A program made the translations under genes and the position numbers. A DNA stretch of 58,653 nucleotides from Granulicella sp. (lineage in GTDB: Bacteria; Acidobacteriota; Terriglobia; Terriglobales; Acidobacteriaceae), in NCBI GenBank assembly GCA_003162875.1, contig PLUT01000344.1:1-58653 (forward strand), read 5' to 3'. Below the pieces are notes generated by a model. It ran no database searches, had not been told where the DNA came from, and saw nothing but the letters and a program-made list of their open reading frames with translations. Below are positions 40,015 to 48,915 of the stretch, piece by piece. Numbering within the stretch: the first letter of the stretch is position 1; the number at the start of each line of letters is the position of its first letter.

Positions 40015-42525
40015 ATGAAAGCAAAGTTAGCGGGAGTGATGGCGGTGGTGGTGGTGGCAGGGATGGCGTGGGGGCAGGACCTGCCGTTGACGCAGGAACA
40101 GACGATGAACCAGATCTCGCCGCTGGACCCGACGCGTTCGGTGAGTGCCCCGATGCTCGAGAGCAAACGGCACACCCCGCTCCAAGAGGAATACGTCTGG
40201 ACGGCGAACAATGCGAGCGCCGATGCGAAGCTGATCTATACCTTCCCCAAAGTGACGGAGCAAACGGAGCCGCATTATTTTCGCGCGTCGTTCCAGGTGG
40301 GTGCGGTTCCGAAGGAGGCGACGCTCTACCTGGCGGGGCCTCGGCGTGTGAAGGTGTGGCTGAACGGGATGAAGGCGGAGAAGGTCGAAAGCGATGTGAC
40401 CTCCCCGCTCGGGATGCACGTGTTTGCGACGGAGGTCGCGAAGCTGCTGCAAACGGGCCGAAACGTGATTGCGATCGAGGCAGTGCGGGGACGCGGAGTG
40501 ACTGGGTTCGCCAACAGCGCGTTGGTGCGGCAACAGACGTTTGGGCAAGTCTTGGTGGGTAAGATCGTGCCGGCTGCTCACGGCGTGGATGCGCCCGCGT
40601 TGATGCGGACAGGGAGGGACTGGAAAAGTTCGGTTTCGGTGATAGATGGATGGGAGCAGGCCGGGTTCGATGACTCGGTGTGGAAGCCGGTGCAGAGCCT
40701 GGGCGGGATTGAGAGCTCGATCGAACTGTTTCAGTGGAATGCGGATGCGGGGCTTTATGACTGGCCGGGGTATGACGGTATCTCGGGGTTTCTGGCGCAT
40801 CTGCGGATTCCGGCGCGCGGAATGCTCGCGAACTTTGCAGGAAGTGGATCGTTCGACAACTTGACCAGCCTGACCGGGGGCACCGGAGAGTTTGCTGTGA
40901 ACATGCCAGGCGGGAAGCTTACCGATGCGGAGGCTCCGAGCGTGGTGCTGGACTTCGGGCGCGAGTTGACGGGGCGCGTCGAGATCGTTTCCGACTCCGA
41001 TGCGCCGGTGACGGTGACGGTCCAGATGGGCGAGTCCGACTCCGAGACCATGAAGGTGCCGTTCCTGGGCGTCAACCAGATGACGATTGCGCCACATGGC
41101 ACGGGGTATAGCCCGAAGACCGCGTTCCGGTATGCAAAGCTGCGTTTCGTGGGCGGTGCGGCGAAGATTCGCTTCAAGTCGATCGCGGTGGATGACATTT
41201 ACTATCCGGTCGAGTACCTGGGATCGTTCGAGTCCAGCGACCCGTTGCTGAACCGGATCTGGGAGGTGGGAGCATATACCGCACACCTGTGCATGCAGGA
41301 TGGGGTTTGGGACGCCTCCAAGCGCGACCGCGGCCGGTGGATGGGGGACACGGACGTCAGCGGGCGCGTGATTGAGGACGTGTTTGGCGAGCGGCCGCTG
41401 ATGGAAGATACACTGGACCGACTGATGGGGCCGGAGCCTGTGGATCAGCACGTAAACGGGATTCCCGGCTACTCGGCGTTCTGGTTTACCGGAGTCGCTG
41501 ACTTTTACCGGCATACCGGCGATAAGGCCTTTCTGGAGCGCGAGCACACACGGTTGGTCGAGCTGCTGGATTTTACGGACAAGGAGTTCGACGAACGGAA
41601 TGTATACGCGAACAAGAGCAAGGTGTGGCTGTATGTGGACTGGTCTCCGGAGCTGAACGGCGATACGCCGGAGACGCGCCGGGCGACCACGCTGGAGTTC
41701 TATCATGCGTACAAGGAGGCGGTGTTCCTGCTGCGCGAGCTGGGTGATACGGCCCATGCGAACCAGTATGAGAAGCGGCTCGCGCAGATCAAAACCGGCG
41801 CGGAGACGTTCCTGCTGACGCCCGAGACAGGGACGTTTGGGCCGCGATGGCAGACGAATGCGGCGGCCGTGGTGGGCGGCGCGGCAGGCCCGGAGCGGTA
41901 TGGAGCGATCTGGGACAAGGTGCTCTCAGGGGTGGGCAACGGGAGCACGAATGGGCTCATCATCTCGCCGTATTATAACTACTACGTGATCCGGGCGATG
42001 GCGGAGGTAGGCCATCGCCAGGAGGCACTGGGGTGGATCCGGAAGTACTGGGGTGGGATGCTGCGAGAGGGTGCGACGAGTTTCTGGGAGGCGTACGACC
42101 CGGACTGGTACAGGGAGGACTTTCACTCGTCGCTGCAGTCGGATAACCGGAGCGGCTACTTTGTGAGCCTGGCACATGGCTGGTCGTCTGGCCCGACGGC
42201 GTGGCTTATGGAAGAAGTACTGGGGATTCAGGCAACTGGGGCGGGATTCAAGACCGTCGACATTCGACCGGACCTCATCGATCTCGAATGGGCCAAAGGC
42301 GGCGAGCCGACGCCCCACGGGCTGCTGAGGGTAGAAGCGCGCAAGGACGGCGCGAGGATGCGGATCAGCGTGGATGTGCCGGACGACGTGGAGGCGCGCG
42401 TTTCGGTGCCTGGGGGTTCAGTCAGCGTGAATGGAGCAGCTGCGATGGGAGTGCCTGCGGAGGGTGGCGCGCGCAACATCGTGACACTGCATCATGCGGG
42501 CCACTTTGAGTTGGAGGGCCGATGA
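40015..42525 (+). CDS. Alpha-L-rhamnosidase-like glycosidase, GH78 type (paralog of 22054-24501)
   Basis: Signal peptide MKAKLAG. Motifs PLDPTRSV, LDFGRE, DASKRDRGRWMGD, GATSFWE and SLAHGWSS.PTAWL. Confidence 0.85.
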   Translation: MKAKLAGVMAVVVVAGMAWGQDLPLTQEQTMNQISPLDPTRSVSAPMLESKRHTPLQEEYVWTANNASADAKLIYTFPKVTEQTEPHYFRASFQVGAVPKEATLYLAGPRRVKVWLNGMKAEKVESDVTSPLGMHVFATEVAKLLQTGRNVIAIEAVRGRGVTGFANSALVRQQTFGQVLVGKIVPAAHGVDAPALMRTGRDWKSSVSVIDGWEQAGFDDSVWKPVQSLGGIESSIELFQWNADAGLYDWPGYDGISGFLAHLRIPARGMLANFAGSGSFDNLTSLTGGTGEFAVNMPGGKLTDAEAPSVVLDFGRELTGRVEIVSDSDAPVTVTVQMGESDSETMKVPFLGVNQMTIAPHGTGYSPKTAFRYAKLRFVGGAAKIRFKSIAVDDIYYPVEYLGSFESSDPLLNRIWEVGAYTAHLCMQDGVWDASKRDRGRWMGDTDVSGRVIEDVFGERPLMEDTLDRLMGPEPVDQHVNGIPGYSAFWFTGVADFYRHTGDKAFLEREHTRLVELLDFTDKEFDERNVYANKSKVWLYVDWSPELNGDTPETRRATTLEFYHAYKEAVFLLRELGDTAHANQYEKRLAQIKTGAETFLLTPETGTFGPRWQTNAAAVVGGAAGPERYGAIWDKVLSGVGNGSTNGLIISPYYNYYVIRAMAEVGHRQEALGWIRKYWGGMLREGATSFWEAYDPDWYREDFHSSLQSDNRSGYFVSLAHGWSSGPTAWLMEEVLGIQATGAGFKTVDIRPDLIDLEWAKGGEPTPHGLLRVEARKDGARMRISVDVPDDVEARVSVPGGSVSVNGAAAMGVPAEGGARNIVTLHHAGHFELEGR

Positions 42526-42799
42526 TGAAAGCGCGGTGTTTGATCGCCGGAACGAATATCCAAGCGCAAATTGTGCCGGATGGAATTCTGGCGAGGCACA
42601 GCGGAAAACGCCAGTCTGCAAGCTGGGGGCATCGTCCGAGGGCCACTGAAACCGCAGACTGCATCTATCAGAACGTTGTCCCTCCGCAGAACAGGCCCAT
42701 CGGAATCTGGAAAAGCATAGGAGGGATTGCGGAAGCGGATTGGGCCAACCGGCGCACTACTTCCCCACAATAGACGGAATCACCTCGGTTCTCGGAGGC

Positions 42800-43027
42800 A
42801 TGCATGGCCTTACGCAACGCGATCTGATTCCACAATTCGGGTCGGAGAGCGCGGTTTCTATGTTCCTGGCCGGACGGCGCAAACTCACCCTGGAGCAGCT
42901 GAGACGACTGAGCGCCCGGTTTGAATTACCCGCGGATGTCTTCCTCGCTCGGGAGCGAAGGGAGCGCGCAATTCCGAGGCCGGCAGTTCGGTCCGTGAAA
43001 GCGTTTGCGAAAGGGGCAGCCGGATAG
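42800..43027 (+). pseudogene. Fragment of a HigA-like antitoxin (XRE HTH C-terminal half only)
   Basis: HGLTQRDLIPQFGSESAVSMFLAGRRKLTLEQLRRLSARFELPADVF. N-terminal half and toxin gene are absent. Confidence 0.65.
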
Positions 43028-43275
43028 CGCCTGTTACAGAACTGGTTTTGGGGTTTGGTTAAGGCTGAAGTTAAATACCCCATATGGCTGAAGTTCCACC
43101 AAATAGCTGGACGCAGGCAAGAGAATAATCCGTTTAAGTAACAGAAACTACGATAGATACCAGTCTCGTGAGTTGTGATGGCGATCTCAAGATGTCGACT
43201 CAATCAATCCTATACTCGCGGATCACCAGTTCACCTCCGGAAGGCCCGCGATCTCCTGACGCAGATATTCGGCCG

Positions 43276-44574
43276 TTAGACATAAAGGTCGAGAAAGTGC
43301 AGGTATTGATCCCAGTCGTATGACGTCACGTCATGGCCGCCGGTACGAATCTGATAGCTGACGCGGCCGATAAGTGGCGAACCCGGCTCTGGCATGGTCG
43401 ACGCGGGCAGGCCTGTAACGCCAAGGAACCGGTAAACCTCGCTGGCGAGAACGGCGGAGGCGAATTCGCCCGGCGGGTCGGAGAGGATGTCGTCGACGGC
43501 ACTTGCGACAAAGAGCGGCCGCGGAGCGATGGCCGACAAGATCAGGTGCTGGTCAAACGGTAGCTCTCGATCCATGCCGATATAGCTGCGGAAGTTCTTG
43601 CAGAACCAGTGTGGGAACACGGTATTGAGCCGGTGGATGTCCTCGCCAACGCCGCGCCTGAAGAGCTTGGCGCCGCCGGCTCCTGACTCCTGACTGAGCA
43701 CGGCCGCAAAGCGTGAATCGCACGCGCCGGCCCACACAACCGCCTTGCCCAGTCGAGACCAACCGAAGACTGTAGCTCGTCGCGGATCGATATGCGGGTC
43801 AGTTTCGAGATAGTCGAGCATGCGGCTTAGCGTCCAGGCCCATGCACCGATGGCGGCAAAATTGTCGCCCCGAGCGCTTAGCTCAGGATATGCACTGCGC
43901 AAGGCGGGAATGCTCTCATCTGCTTGATCCGCATCAATATCCCCGCGATACACGGTGCATAGCGCGTAGCCACGCTCAATCAACTGCTCAACCGGCCAAC
44001 GGTGAGCGTCGACGCCGCGGCATGCCGGTGTAGCACGGTGGTCCACTACGCACGAGAGATCGGCAAAGATGTTCCTACCTGACTCGACCCATGAGGCAGG
44101 AAGCAGTACGCCGGGATCCCCACTAAGAGTGTGATTACCCCAGAAGTTGAGTCCCACAATGACGGGAGCATGAGGGATATGCTGCGGCGTGTATAGCAGC
44201 AGATTCGCCGTGGGACCATTGGCCCCAGCCTTGAAATGCAACTGTACCTGGCGCCGAAGTGCTTTGCCGCCGAAGGCAGATCCGTTCTTCTCTTGCACGA
44301 CAAAATGAAGGCCGGCGGGGGATGGTACCGCGCCATACATCTGCGCCGCCGCGGTATGCAGAATCTCCACGCGCCGACGAGGCCACTGCGCGCGATTCAC
44401 CACGGGTCTTCCGGAGTCGAAGATGAGCGCCTGGGGAAGCGAAGGTGAAGGTGGTAGCGGTGCGGCTGATGCCGTGGACTGCCGGTTTGCGTCCAACCAT
44501 GTTGCGGCGTTGGCCCTCGCCGACAGCGCAAAGGCCGCTGCTCCAACCTTCGCGAATTCACGGCGCGTCATCAT
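43276..44574 (-). CDS. CE15 glucuronoyl esterase-family alpha/beta hydrolase, Tat-exported
   Basis: Tat signal TRREFAK. Motifs AIGAWAW, GWSRLGKA (CE15-type G-x-S-R-x-G-K), ESGAGG, PFDQH and GGHD. Confidence 0.82.
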   Translation of the reverse strand: MMTRREFAKVGAAAFALSARANAATWLDANRQSTASAAPLPPSPSLPQALIFDSGRPVVNRAQWPRRRVEILHTAAAQMYGAVPSPAGLHFVVQEKNGSAFGGKALRRQVQLHFKAGANGPTANLLLYTPQHIPHAPVIVGLNFWGNHTLSGDPGVLLPASWVESGRNIFADLSCVVDHRATPACRGVDAHRWPVEQLIERGYALCTVYRGDIDADQADESIPALRSAYPELSARGDNFAAIGAWAWTLSRMLDYLETDPHIDPRRATVFGWSRLGKAVVWAGACDSRFAAVLSQESGAGGAKLFRRGVGEDIHRLNTVFPHWFCKNFRSYIGMDRELPFDQHLILSAIAPRPLFVASAVDDILSDPPGEFASAVLASEVYRFLGVTGLPASTMPEPGSPLIGRVSYQIRTGGHDVTSYDWDQYLHFLDLYV

Positions 44575-44749
44575 TCGCTAAATATCCCATAAATGAAGTT
44601 CCACCGGATATATACGCATAAGGCGCTTTCCTCGAGATCGATATGATGAATACCTGAATCTCGTTTCTGTCGCGGCAAGGCCAAGTGCGCACCGCAAGGG
44701 CTTGTGACTAACGCGGCAGTAGCCTCAGCCGACGGAGCATGAAACCAAA

Positions 44750-44920
44750 ATTTGATGAACGCCAGGACAACCTCTTGATTGAAGTTGGCTGCACGGTCGA
44801 AGATCAGGTAACCCCATGCAGACAGGTTCTCTAAGAGCAGATCACGACGAGAGCAAAAGGGCCGGACAAACAAAACGAGCAGAAGCGTCAGCATAATGCT
44901 GGCCCAGCGAAACCGAATAC
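44750..44920 (-). mobile_element. Internally deleted remnant of an IS integrase-core (rve/DDE) transposase gene
   Basis: The N-terminal ..RRDLLLENL is joined directly to YLIFDRAANFNQEVV. Both segments resemble this transposase type, where they normally lie far apart. Confidence 0.5.
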
Positions 44921-45070
44921 ACTTCTATCTGACTGGTTTCACGACGGATCTAAATCCTAGACCAGGCACGCGCGAAATAAGACGCAATCTTAACTGTTAG
45001 GATAGCGCCTGGCAGTTGTGCCTCGCGATAGTCGAACGTACCTTTATCTGACTGATTTCAAATTAGGTTG

Positions 45071-45958
45071 CTATTTTGGTGAGGGACAGGCGCGGCGGGC
45101 ATCCACAAGTGCGCGAATGAAGTCCGGTGTGGAACCGCAACAGCCGCCGAGAAATGTGGCACCCGCCTCGCACAAGGCCTTGTAGTGCGAAGCGAAGAAT
45201 TCCGCTGACGTGCCATAGTGGATGGCTGTTCCCTCGATTGTGGGCAAGCCCGCGTTCGGCTTGATCCAGACCGGGAGATTTGCGGCAGCGCGCAATCTAT
45301 GGCAGATGGGCACGACATGTTCCACGCCAACGCCGCAATTTGCACCAACCGCATCCGCTCCAGCTTCAGCCATCGCCACGGCCACAGCTTCCGGTGTGGC
45401 GCCCATCATCGTGCGGTCCTTGTTTTTTCCGGAATCGAAAGCAAAGGAAACAATGACTGGCAGCCCAGTGTGCCGGGCGGCTTCCAGGGCCAGGAGCGCT
45501 TCATCGATGTCGCTCATGGTCTCCACCAGCAGTGCGTCCGCGCCTGCTGCTGCAAGCGATGCAGCCTGCGCGGCAAACGCCGCCTCCATCTCTTCCCTGC
45601 TGACCTCGCCGGATACCAGAATTTTTCCTGTTGGGCCGATGGAGGCAAACACCAGGGCCTTCCCTGTGGCGCGCTTTGAGATGGCGACGCCGGCACGATT
45701 GATGGCATCCAGATCGGCCGCGGAACTGTCTTTCATTGCGATGGCATTGGCGCGGAACGTGTTGGTCAGCACGACCTGACTGCCCGCCTCCGCATAGGCT
45801 CGCGCCACGGCTTCCACCTGATCGGGATGGGTGAGATTCCAGCTATCTGGCGTGGTGCCGGGGGGCAGACCGCGTTGCTGTAACTGCGTTCCCCAGGCGC
45901 CGTCGGTTATCAGCAGGCCGTCCAGCAGCCACTCACTCAGTTTGCTCGTTCCGCTCAT
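45071..45958 (-). CDS. Homocysteine S-methyltransferase family protein (stand-alone MetH Hcy-binding domain)
   Basis: Motifs DGAWGTQL, TNTF, SIGPTG, VETMSD, GANCG, KPNAGLP and GGCCG (three Zn-binding Cys). Confidence 0.9.
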   Translation of the reverse strand: MSGTSKLSEWLLDGLLITDGAWGTQLQQRGLPPGTTPDSWNLTHPDQVEAVARAYAEAGSQVVLTNTFRANAIAMKDSSAADLDAINRAGVAISKRATGKALVFASIGPTGKILVSGEVSREEMEAAFAAQAASLAAAGADALLVETMSDIDEALLALEAARHTGLPVIVSFAFDSGKNKDRTMMGATPEAVAVAMAEAGADAVGANCGVGVEHVVPICHRLRAAANLPVWIKPNAGLPTIEGTAIHYGTSAEFFASHYKALCEAGATFLGGCCGSTPDFIRALVDARRACPSPK

Positions 45959-46059
45959 GCATCACTACCGTGTATCGGCGAACGGCATTCAGCATAGCTC
46001 AAATGTCATAGCGCCACAGTGACGCGTCACACACCTCATGAATATCGTGCGCGGTGCCA

Positions 46060-46074
46060 TTCCACATTGCGGAA
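46060..46074. promoter_or_regulatory. Operator TTCCA-CATTG-CGGAA in the divergent Hcy-methyltransferase/sugar porter promoter
   Basis: Matches TTCCR-N5-YGGAA. Confidence 0.68.
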
Positions 46075-46141
46075 GATATCTCTTGCGCACGAATGTGCTG
46101 GCGCACGCTGCATGCGATTTGACACAATACGGGGACGACCC

Positions 46142-47569
46142 ATGAAGACTTCTCTGGCGCAGGACATGGACCTCGAGCAAGGCACATTCCATCTCTTTCA
46201 TCTCTACTGGATCTGTTCGATCGCCGCGCTGGGCGGGCTTCTTTTTGGGTATGACTGGGTGGTGATCGGCGGGGCGAAGCCGTTTTACGAAGCATACTTC
46301 GGCATCGCTAGCGCGACGCAATCGGGCTGGGCGATGAGTTGCGCGCTGATTGGCTGCTTTGCGGGCGCGCTGTGCTCCGGCGTGCTCAGCGAGGCGCTGG
46401 GCCGCAAGCGCGCTCTGCTGATTGCGGCGTCGGTGTTCGTGGTGTCGTCGATCGGGACCGGGTCTGCGCATGTCTTCGACGCCTTTGTGTTCTGGCGCAT
46501 CCTGGGTGGACTTGCGATCGGCATGGCATCGGGCCTCTCGCCCATGTACATCGCGGAGGCGGCGCCCGCGGAGATTCGTGGCAAGCTGGTTTGCCTGAAT
46601 GAATTGACCATCGTGATTGGCCTTTTCCTGGCGCAGTTGACCAACTGGCTGATTGCGCAGCCCGTGCCGGCAAGCGCGACGCTGGCGGAGATCGCCGCAT
46701 CCTGGAACGGGCACATGGCATGGCGGTACATGTTTGCTGCCACGGCGATCCCGTCGCTGGTGTTCTTCCTGGGCATGCTGACGGTGCCGGAGAGTCCGCG
46801 CTGGCTAGTGCAGCGCGGACGGATAGCCGAGGCCGAGCGCAACCTGGCGTGCATTGGCGGCGCGGCGTACTCGGCGCGTGTGCTGGAGGACATCCAGGAG
46901 AGCCTGCACCACAGCCGCCACGAGACGCGCACCGAGTTGAGCCAACTGATACGCAAGCCCTTGCGCCGGGTGCTGGTGCTGGGCGTGATTCTGGCAACGC
47001 TGCAGCAGTGGTGCGGCATCAACGTGATCTTCAACTATGCGCAGGAGGTCTTCTCGGCGGCCGGTTACGGGCTGTCGAGCATGCTGGCGAACATACTGAT
47101 CACGGGCACGGTGATGGTGATCTTCACCTTTGTGGCCATCGCGACCGTGGAGAAACTGGGGCGGCGCATGCTTATGTTGATTGGCTGCGCAGGGCTGGCG
47201 CTGATCTATGTGGTGCTGGGAGCGCTGTTTCGGGCGCACAGTCACGGCATCCACATGCTGGTGCTGGTGGTCATGGCGCTTGCCTGCTACGCGATGACGC
47301 TGGCGCCGATCACCTGGGTAGTGCTCTCCGAGCTGTTTCCCAACCAGGTGCGCGGCACCGCCATGGCGATCAGCACCATGTCGCTGTGGTCGGCGTGCTT
47401 CCTGCTGACCTACAGCTTCCCGCTGCTCAATGGCCGCTTCGGGACTGCGCATGTCTTCTGGATGTATGCGCTGATATGCGTGGCCGGATTTGTCTACATC
47501 CTGCGCATGCTGCCGGAGACCAAGGGCCGGACGCTGGAACAGATTCAGCATTTCTGGTTGCGGGATTAA
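46142..47569 (+). CDS. Sugar porter family MFS transporter (XylE/GalP/AraE-like)
   Basis: Motifs AALGGLLFGYD, GRKR, PMYIAE.APAEIRG, PESPRWL, QQWCGIN and PETKG. Confidence 0.92.
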   Translation: MKTSLAQDMDLEQGTFHLFHLYWICSIAALGGLLFGYDWVVIGGAKPFYEAYFGIASATQSGWAMSCALIGCFAGALCSGVLSEALGRKRALLIAASVFVVSSIGTGSAHVFDAFVFWRILGGLAIGMASGLSPMYIAEAAPAEIRGKLVCLNELTIVIGLFLAQLTNWLIAQPVPASATLAEIAASWNGHMAWRYMFAATAIPSLVFFLGMLTVPESPRWLVQRGRIAEAERNLACIGGAAYSARVLEDIQESLHHSRHETRTELSQLIRKPLRRVLVLGVILATLQQWCGINVIFNYAQEVFSAAGYGLSSMLANILITGTVMVIFTFVAIATVEKLGRRMLMLIGCAGLALIYVVLGALFRAHSHGIHMLVLVVMALACYAMTLAPITWVVLSELFPNQVRGTAMAISTMSLWSACFLLTYSFPLLNGRFGTAHVFWMYALICVAGFVYILRMLPETKGRTLEQIQHFWLRD

Positions 47570-47611
47570 AGTGATGGATGGGCGAACACGCCCGCTGAAC
47601 GAGGCAAGGGC

Positions 47612-48883
47612 ATGAGCACCATAGCAACCAACACTGCAAGCCGCGACCGGGTCATCACCACGTTGAATCACAGGCAGCCGGGTCGCGTCCCAATCGATTT
47701 TGGCGGGACCATGGTCACCGGGGTGCACGCGAGCTGCGTGGCTGAGTTGCGGGACTATTACGGACTGGAGAAGCGGCCGGTCCGCATCCACGAACCGTTC
47801 CAAATGCTGGCGGTCCTGGACGATGATCTGCAGAATGCAATGGGACTGGATGTGGTCGGAGTCTTCGCTCGGAACACGATGTTTGGATTTCCGGCAGAGA
47901 ACTGGAAGAGCTGGATGTTTAACGGGCTGGAAGTCCTGGTTCCCGAGTATTTCAAAACGACGGTGGACGTCAGTGGCGACACGCTGATCTACCCGGAAGG
48001 CGACACAACGGTGCCGCCAAGCGGGCGTATGCCAAGTGGGGGTCATTTTTTTGATTCCATCATTCGGCAAGAGCCGCTGCATGAAGAGAGGTTGAATCCG
48101 GAAGACAATACAGAAGAATTTAAACCCGTTACCCAAGAAGATCTCGACTACCTTACGCGTGCGACGCAGGAAGCGGCGGCGACAGGTCGGGCCGTAGCCG
48201 CCACATTCGGTGGTACTGCATTCGGTGATATTGCGATGGTTCCAGCGCCATTCCTGAAACATCCCAAAGGCATCCGCGATATTGCAGAGTGGTATGTCTC
48301 AACCAGCAGCCGTCAGGAATACATTCACAAAGTCTTTGAACGCCAATGTGAAGTCGCAATCCAGAATCTTGAGCGCATTTATGCTGTGGTTGGCGACACC
48401 GTGAATGTGATCTTCCTTTGCGGGACGGATTTCGGCACACAGACGTCAGCTTTCTGTTCCGTGAAAACATTCAACAACCTGTATTTCCCATACTACAAGC
48501 AGGTTTGTGACTGGATTCATTCGCACACGCCCTGGAAGGTCTTCAAACATTCCTGCGGCGCGGTTTCAAAATTCCTGCCTGGCTTTATCGAAGCCGGAAT
48601 CGACATCCTCAACCCGGTCCAGTGTTCCGCGACTGGCATGGAGCCGGTGGAACTGAAGGCGAAGTTTGGTGATCATCTCGTCTTCTGGGGTGGCGGGGTG
48701 GACACACAACATGTGCTTCCATTTGGGACCCCGGCAGAGGTTCGGGAACAGGTTCTGCGTAGATGTGAGATCTTCGCACTGGGTGGGGGATTCGTCTTCA
48801 ACACAATTCACAACGTACAAGCGAAGACGCCCCTGGCTAATATCGTAGCCATGATCGATGCGGTCCACGAGTTCAACGGATGA
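47612..48883 (+). CDS. Uroporphyrinogen decarboxylase / MtaA-CmuA methyltransferase family protein
   Basis: Motifs RVPIDFGG, GTDFGTQ, FKHSCG (H-x-C Zn motif), LNPVQ, FWGGGVDTQ and HNVQ. Adjacent to corrinoid genes. Confidence 0.85.
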   Translation: MSTIATNTASRDRVITTLNHRQPGRVPIDFGGTMVTGVHASCVAELRDYYGLEKRPVRIHEPFQMLAVLDDDLQNAMGLDVVGVFARNTMFGFPAENWKSWMFNGLEVLVPEYFKTTVDVSGDTLIYPEGDTTVPPSGRMPSGGHFFDSIIRQEPLHEERLNPEDNTEEFKPVTQEDLDYLTRATQEAAATGRAVAATFGGTAFGDIAMVPAPFLKHPKGIRDIAEWYVSTSSRQEYIHKVFERQCEVAIQNLERIYAVVGDTVNVIFLCGTDFGTQTSAFCSVKTFNNLYFPYYKQVCDWIHSHTPWKVFKHSCGAVSKFLPGFIEAGIDILNPVQCSATGMEPVELKAKFGDHLVFWGGGVDTQHVLPFGTPAEVREQVLRRCEIFALGGGFVFNTIHNVQAKTPLANIVAMIDAVHEFNG

Positions 48884-48915
48884 CAAGGTGAGACTGCCAT
48901 TGGGGGCCTAAACCC

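Noticed and set aside
40027-41757. Long antisense ORFs (also 5600-6787, 13522-14571, 35243-36253, 39096-40211, 46805-48262)
   Set aside because: They are shadows of well-supported genes on the opposite strand, expected in high-GC DNA, with no recognisable motifs.
42526-42760. Cobalamin riboswitch (GCCACTG is present near 42640)
   Set aside because: The other conserved elements (GGGAA...GGTG, ACTGT, the B12 box) are not visible, and it is not upstream of the corrinoid genes. An Infernal/Rfam scan would settle it.
47612-48883. hemE (haem biosynthesis uroporphyrinogen decarboxylase)
   Set aside because: It lacks the HemE N-terminal MRQAGR motif, has an HSC Zn-type motif, and sits among corrinoid methyl-transfer genes.
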